From the NCBI GenBank assembly GCA_044892525.1, contig CM097886.1, positions 43,214,001 to 43,278,000 on the forward strand: 64,000 nt of DNA, written 5' to 3'. The stretch comes from Schmidtea polychroa (taxonomy: Eukaryota). Numbering within the stretch: position 1 is the stretch's first letter; each line of letters opens with the position of its first letter. This document shows positions 62,161 to 64,000 of this stretch, piece by piece. The notes beneath the pieces are model-generated. The model saw nothing but the letters and a program-made list of their open reading frames with translations, did not search any database and was not told the origin of the DNA. Made by a program: the position numbers and the translations under genes.

Positions 62161-63272
62161 TGTTATATAATTGGTGACTCACCTCAGGTGGTGTGCACAC
62201 CAACGTATATTATAGACAATGTTAACTTTCGCGGTTAGGTGTAATCATACCGCGCACATAGAAGCGATACAAAAAACAAACTGCCAGTCAGAGGCAATCC
62301 CCCTCTGACTGGTCGAAACATTTCTCCTCTTCTTGATCCCTTCCAGCGGATCAACAACCCCACCTACTTTAGAGGGAAACCTCATTTATTGGTACCAATA
62401 ACTCTGTTGGGGTGAAAATTGACAAAAACACCAAATTAAGAATAAAAATTTAAAGTACAAAATATTAATTAAAAATCAAAAATTTTAAAAAATGAATATT
62501 TTCTGGGGGAAACTGGTATGGGCGGATGCTAAATAATGAGACGAGTTCAGCTATAATAAAATAAAATCAATGGGGGGTCCCTAAAAGGAATAAATTAAAA
62601 AAAACAAAAATTAATTAAAAATTAATTAACTAATGGAAAACCCGAGCTAATGGGAAACCCGAGCTAATGGAGAACCCGAGCTAATGGGAAACCCGATACA
62701 ATGGAAAACCCGAGCGAATTGAGAAATCCAATTTCGGGAAGGCAATTAATTTAGCCGGAGAAATCTAATTTTGGGAAGGCAATTAATTTAGCCGGATAAA
62801 AAGTAAAAAACGCCGTCAAACAAATTCCATTCAATTAAATTAGATCTCCAAGAGGAAGCCCGGGGGGAAATAGGACCAAAGATAATTGGCAAAAATAAAG
62901 TCAATTATTAAACGAGTATAAAAGCAACTGGCAAGAAAACAAAATGCCAGTTGGTCGAAGAAAAGAAAATAGAAGTTTGAAGAGAGCGAAAAGGGAAATA
63001 TTAAAGTTAGTAGAAATTAAACCATTTAAAAATCGAACGTACCAGAAAGGGACATCTCCCGTTGGAAGATCTACCCCTGCGTGAGATTTGTTAATAAATT
63101 GAAAAGTGCAGACAAAACCTGATTGTATCAAGTGTGAGTAAACTAATACAAGTGTAAAAGTGTAACTGCATCAGTGTCAATAAAGATTTTGTGTTGGGTT
63201 ATTTATTTATTTATTTGCAAAAGAACACAAAGGAGTCAGACCGTAGTACCGACTTACATTAAAAACCCAACA
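62161..63272 (+). repeat. 5' LTR of a second Ty3/gypsy element (start is 62161 TGTT or 62240 TGTA)
   Basis: Ends ...CCCAACA just before a PBS; contains 17-bp and 38-bp tandem repeats and AATAAA at about 63179. Confidence 0.75.
62633..62800. repeat. 17-bp tandem array (x5, AATGG(A/G)(A/G)AACCCGAGCT) plus 38-bp duplication in LTR U3
   Basis: Read directly from the sequence. Confidence 0.9.
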
Positions 63273-63276
63273 TATT

Positions 63277-63294
63277 TGGTGAGCCCGACGTGAT
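63277..63294 (+). promoter_or_regulatory. Primer-binding site, tRNA-Trp type
   Basis: TGGTGAGCCCGACGTGAT; 17 of 18 match to the canonical tRNA-Trp PBS TGGTGACCCCGACGTGAT. Confidence 0.85.
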
Positions 63295-63666
63295 CAAAAG
63301 TCAGTGAAAATTTGTTGAAATTGTGATAATATTTGAGTGATACCGAAGAATAAAAAGATCGGTGAAAATTTGTTGAGATTAGTAAAGTATCGGAAAAATT
63401 TGGAAAAAGATAATAATAATTAAATAAATAAATATTGAAGTGAAACGTTTATTTGGAAGTGGTGAACATTTATTTGAGAATTATTAAAGTGGTGATTTTA
63501 TAATTGAAGCAAAGTGGAAAAATTTGTAACGATTGATTGTTGAAAAGTCAAAATTAAAACGAAAGGTAAATTTTGTAATTGTAACACTTTGAATTTTAGA
63601 CGAGTAAGGCCTGTGTTGACCCGATCATTTTATAAATTGAGAAGCCAAACACTAATAGAGAATTTA

Positions 63667-64000
63667 ATGAGTACCCAAAGACTAACCAATAATACAAATA
63701 ACAATGATGAAACACCTGTGTCCACGGTGGGCAACGGCAAGGAAGGCAATGATTATGCGAGTTGTCAAAAACTACCTGTGGATCAGTACGGTGGAGATCC
63801 GCTGGAATTTGTCGATTTTATGGCAGATTACTATATGTATGCGACAGCCTATGGATGGAGCCAATCGATCATGGTGCAAAGATTACCGCTATACCTAAAA
63901 GGAGCAGCCAGAGAAGCGTGGCAACAAATTGATAAAAGAATAGTAGCAAATGACTGGACCAAGTTGAAAGACGCGTTAGCCACGAAATTAATCGGAGGGG
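63667..64000 (+). CDS. gag: Gag N-terminus of a Ty3/gypsy element (runs off the window)
   Basis: MSTQRLT...YGGDPLEFVDFMADY..YATAYGWS...RLPLYLKGAAREAWQQI...WTKLKDAL; typical retrotransposon capsid pattern; open to the edge. Confidence 0.88.
   Translation, partial: MSTQRLTNNTNNNDETPVSTVGNGKEGNDYASCQKLPVDQYGGDPLEFVDFMADYYMYATAYGWSQSIMVQRLPLYLKGAAREAWQQIDKRIVANDWTKLKDALATKLIGG

Noticed and set aside
62633-62720. 17-bp repeats as a CRISPR array
   Set aside because: Contiguous tandem units with no spacers, in a eukaryotic LTR context.

Overview
AT-rich eukaryotic scaffold with 7 N-gaps. It is from an invertebrate; a planarian-type flatworm is plausible from the very small introns and the TE set, but that is inference. 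Three host genes are well supported: (i) a complete 12-exon HADHA (mitochondrial trifunctional enzyme alpha subunit, 756 aa, minus strand, 28398-56354), reconstructed by hand with GT-AG junctions and introns that are either tiny (42-108 bp) or 4.6-7.9 kb and TE-filled; (ii) an intronless SLC6/NSS transporter with many non-canonical ion and gate residues; (iii) an intronless C2H2 zinc-finger gene with AT-hook-like motifs. Mobile elements are: a NeSL/R5-like non-LTR element split by a very young, full-length 5.17 kb Ty3/gypsy element (5-bp TSD, LTRs differing at 1 nt, -1 frameshift signal); two hAT elements with TIRs and TSDs; pogo/Tigger and mariner relics; several MITEs; a Penelope-like element; and a second gypsy LTR plus gag at the right edge. 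The least explained feature is at the left end. Two orphan 154-aa ORFs are followed by two copies of a conserved structured-RNA motif (three-way junction, long hairpin, ending ...CCACCA on the ORF strand). A third, decayed copy of the ORF+RNA cassette lies at 21.1-21.7 kb in the opposite orientation and shows a compensatory base-pair change.
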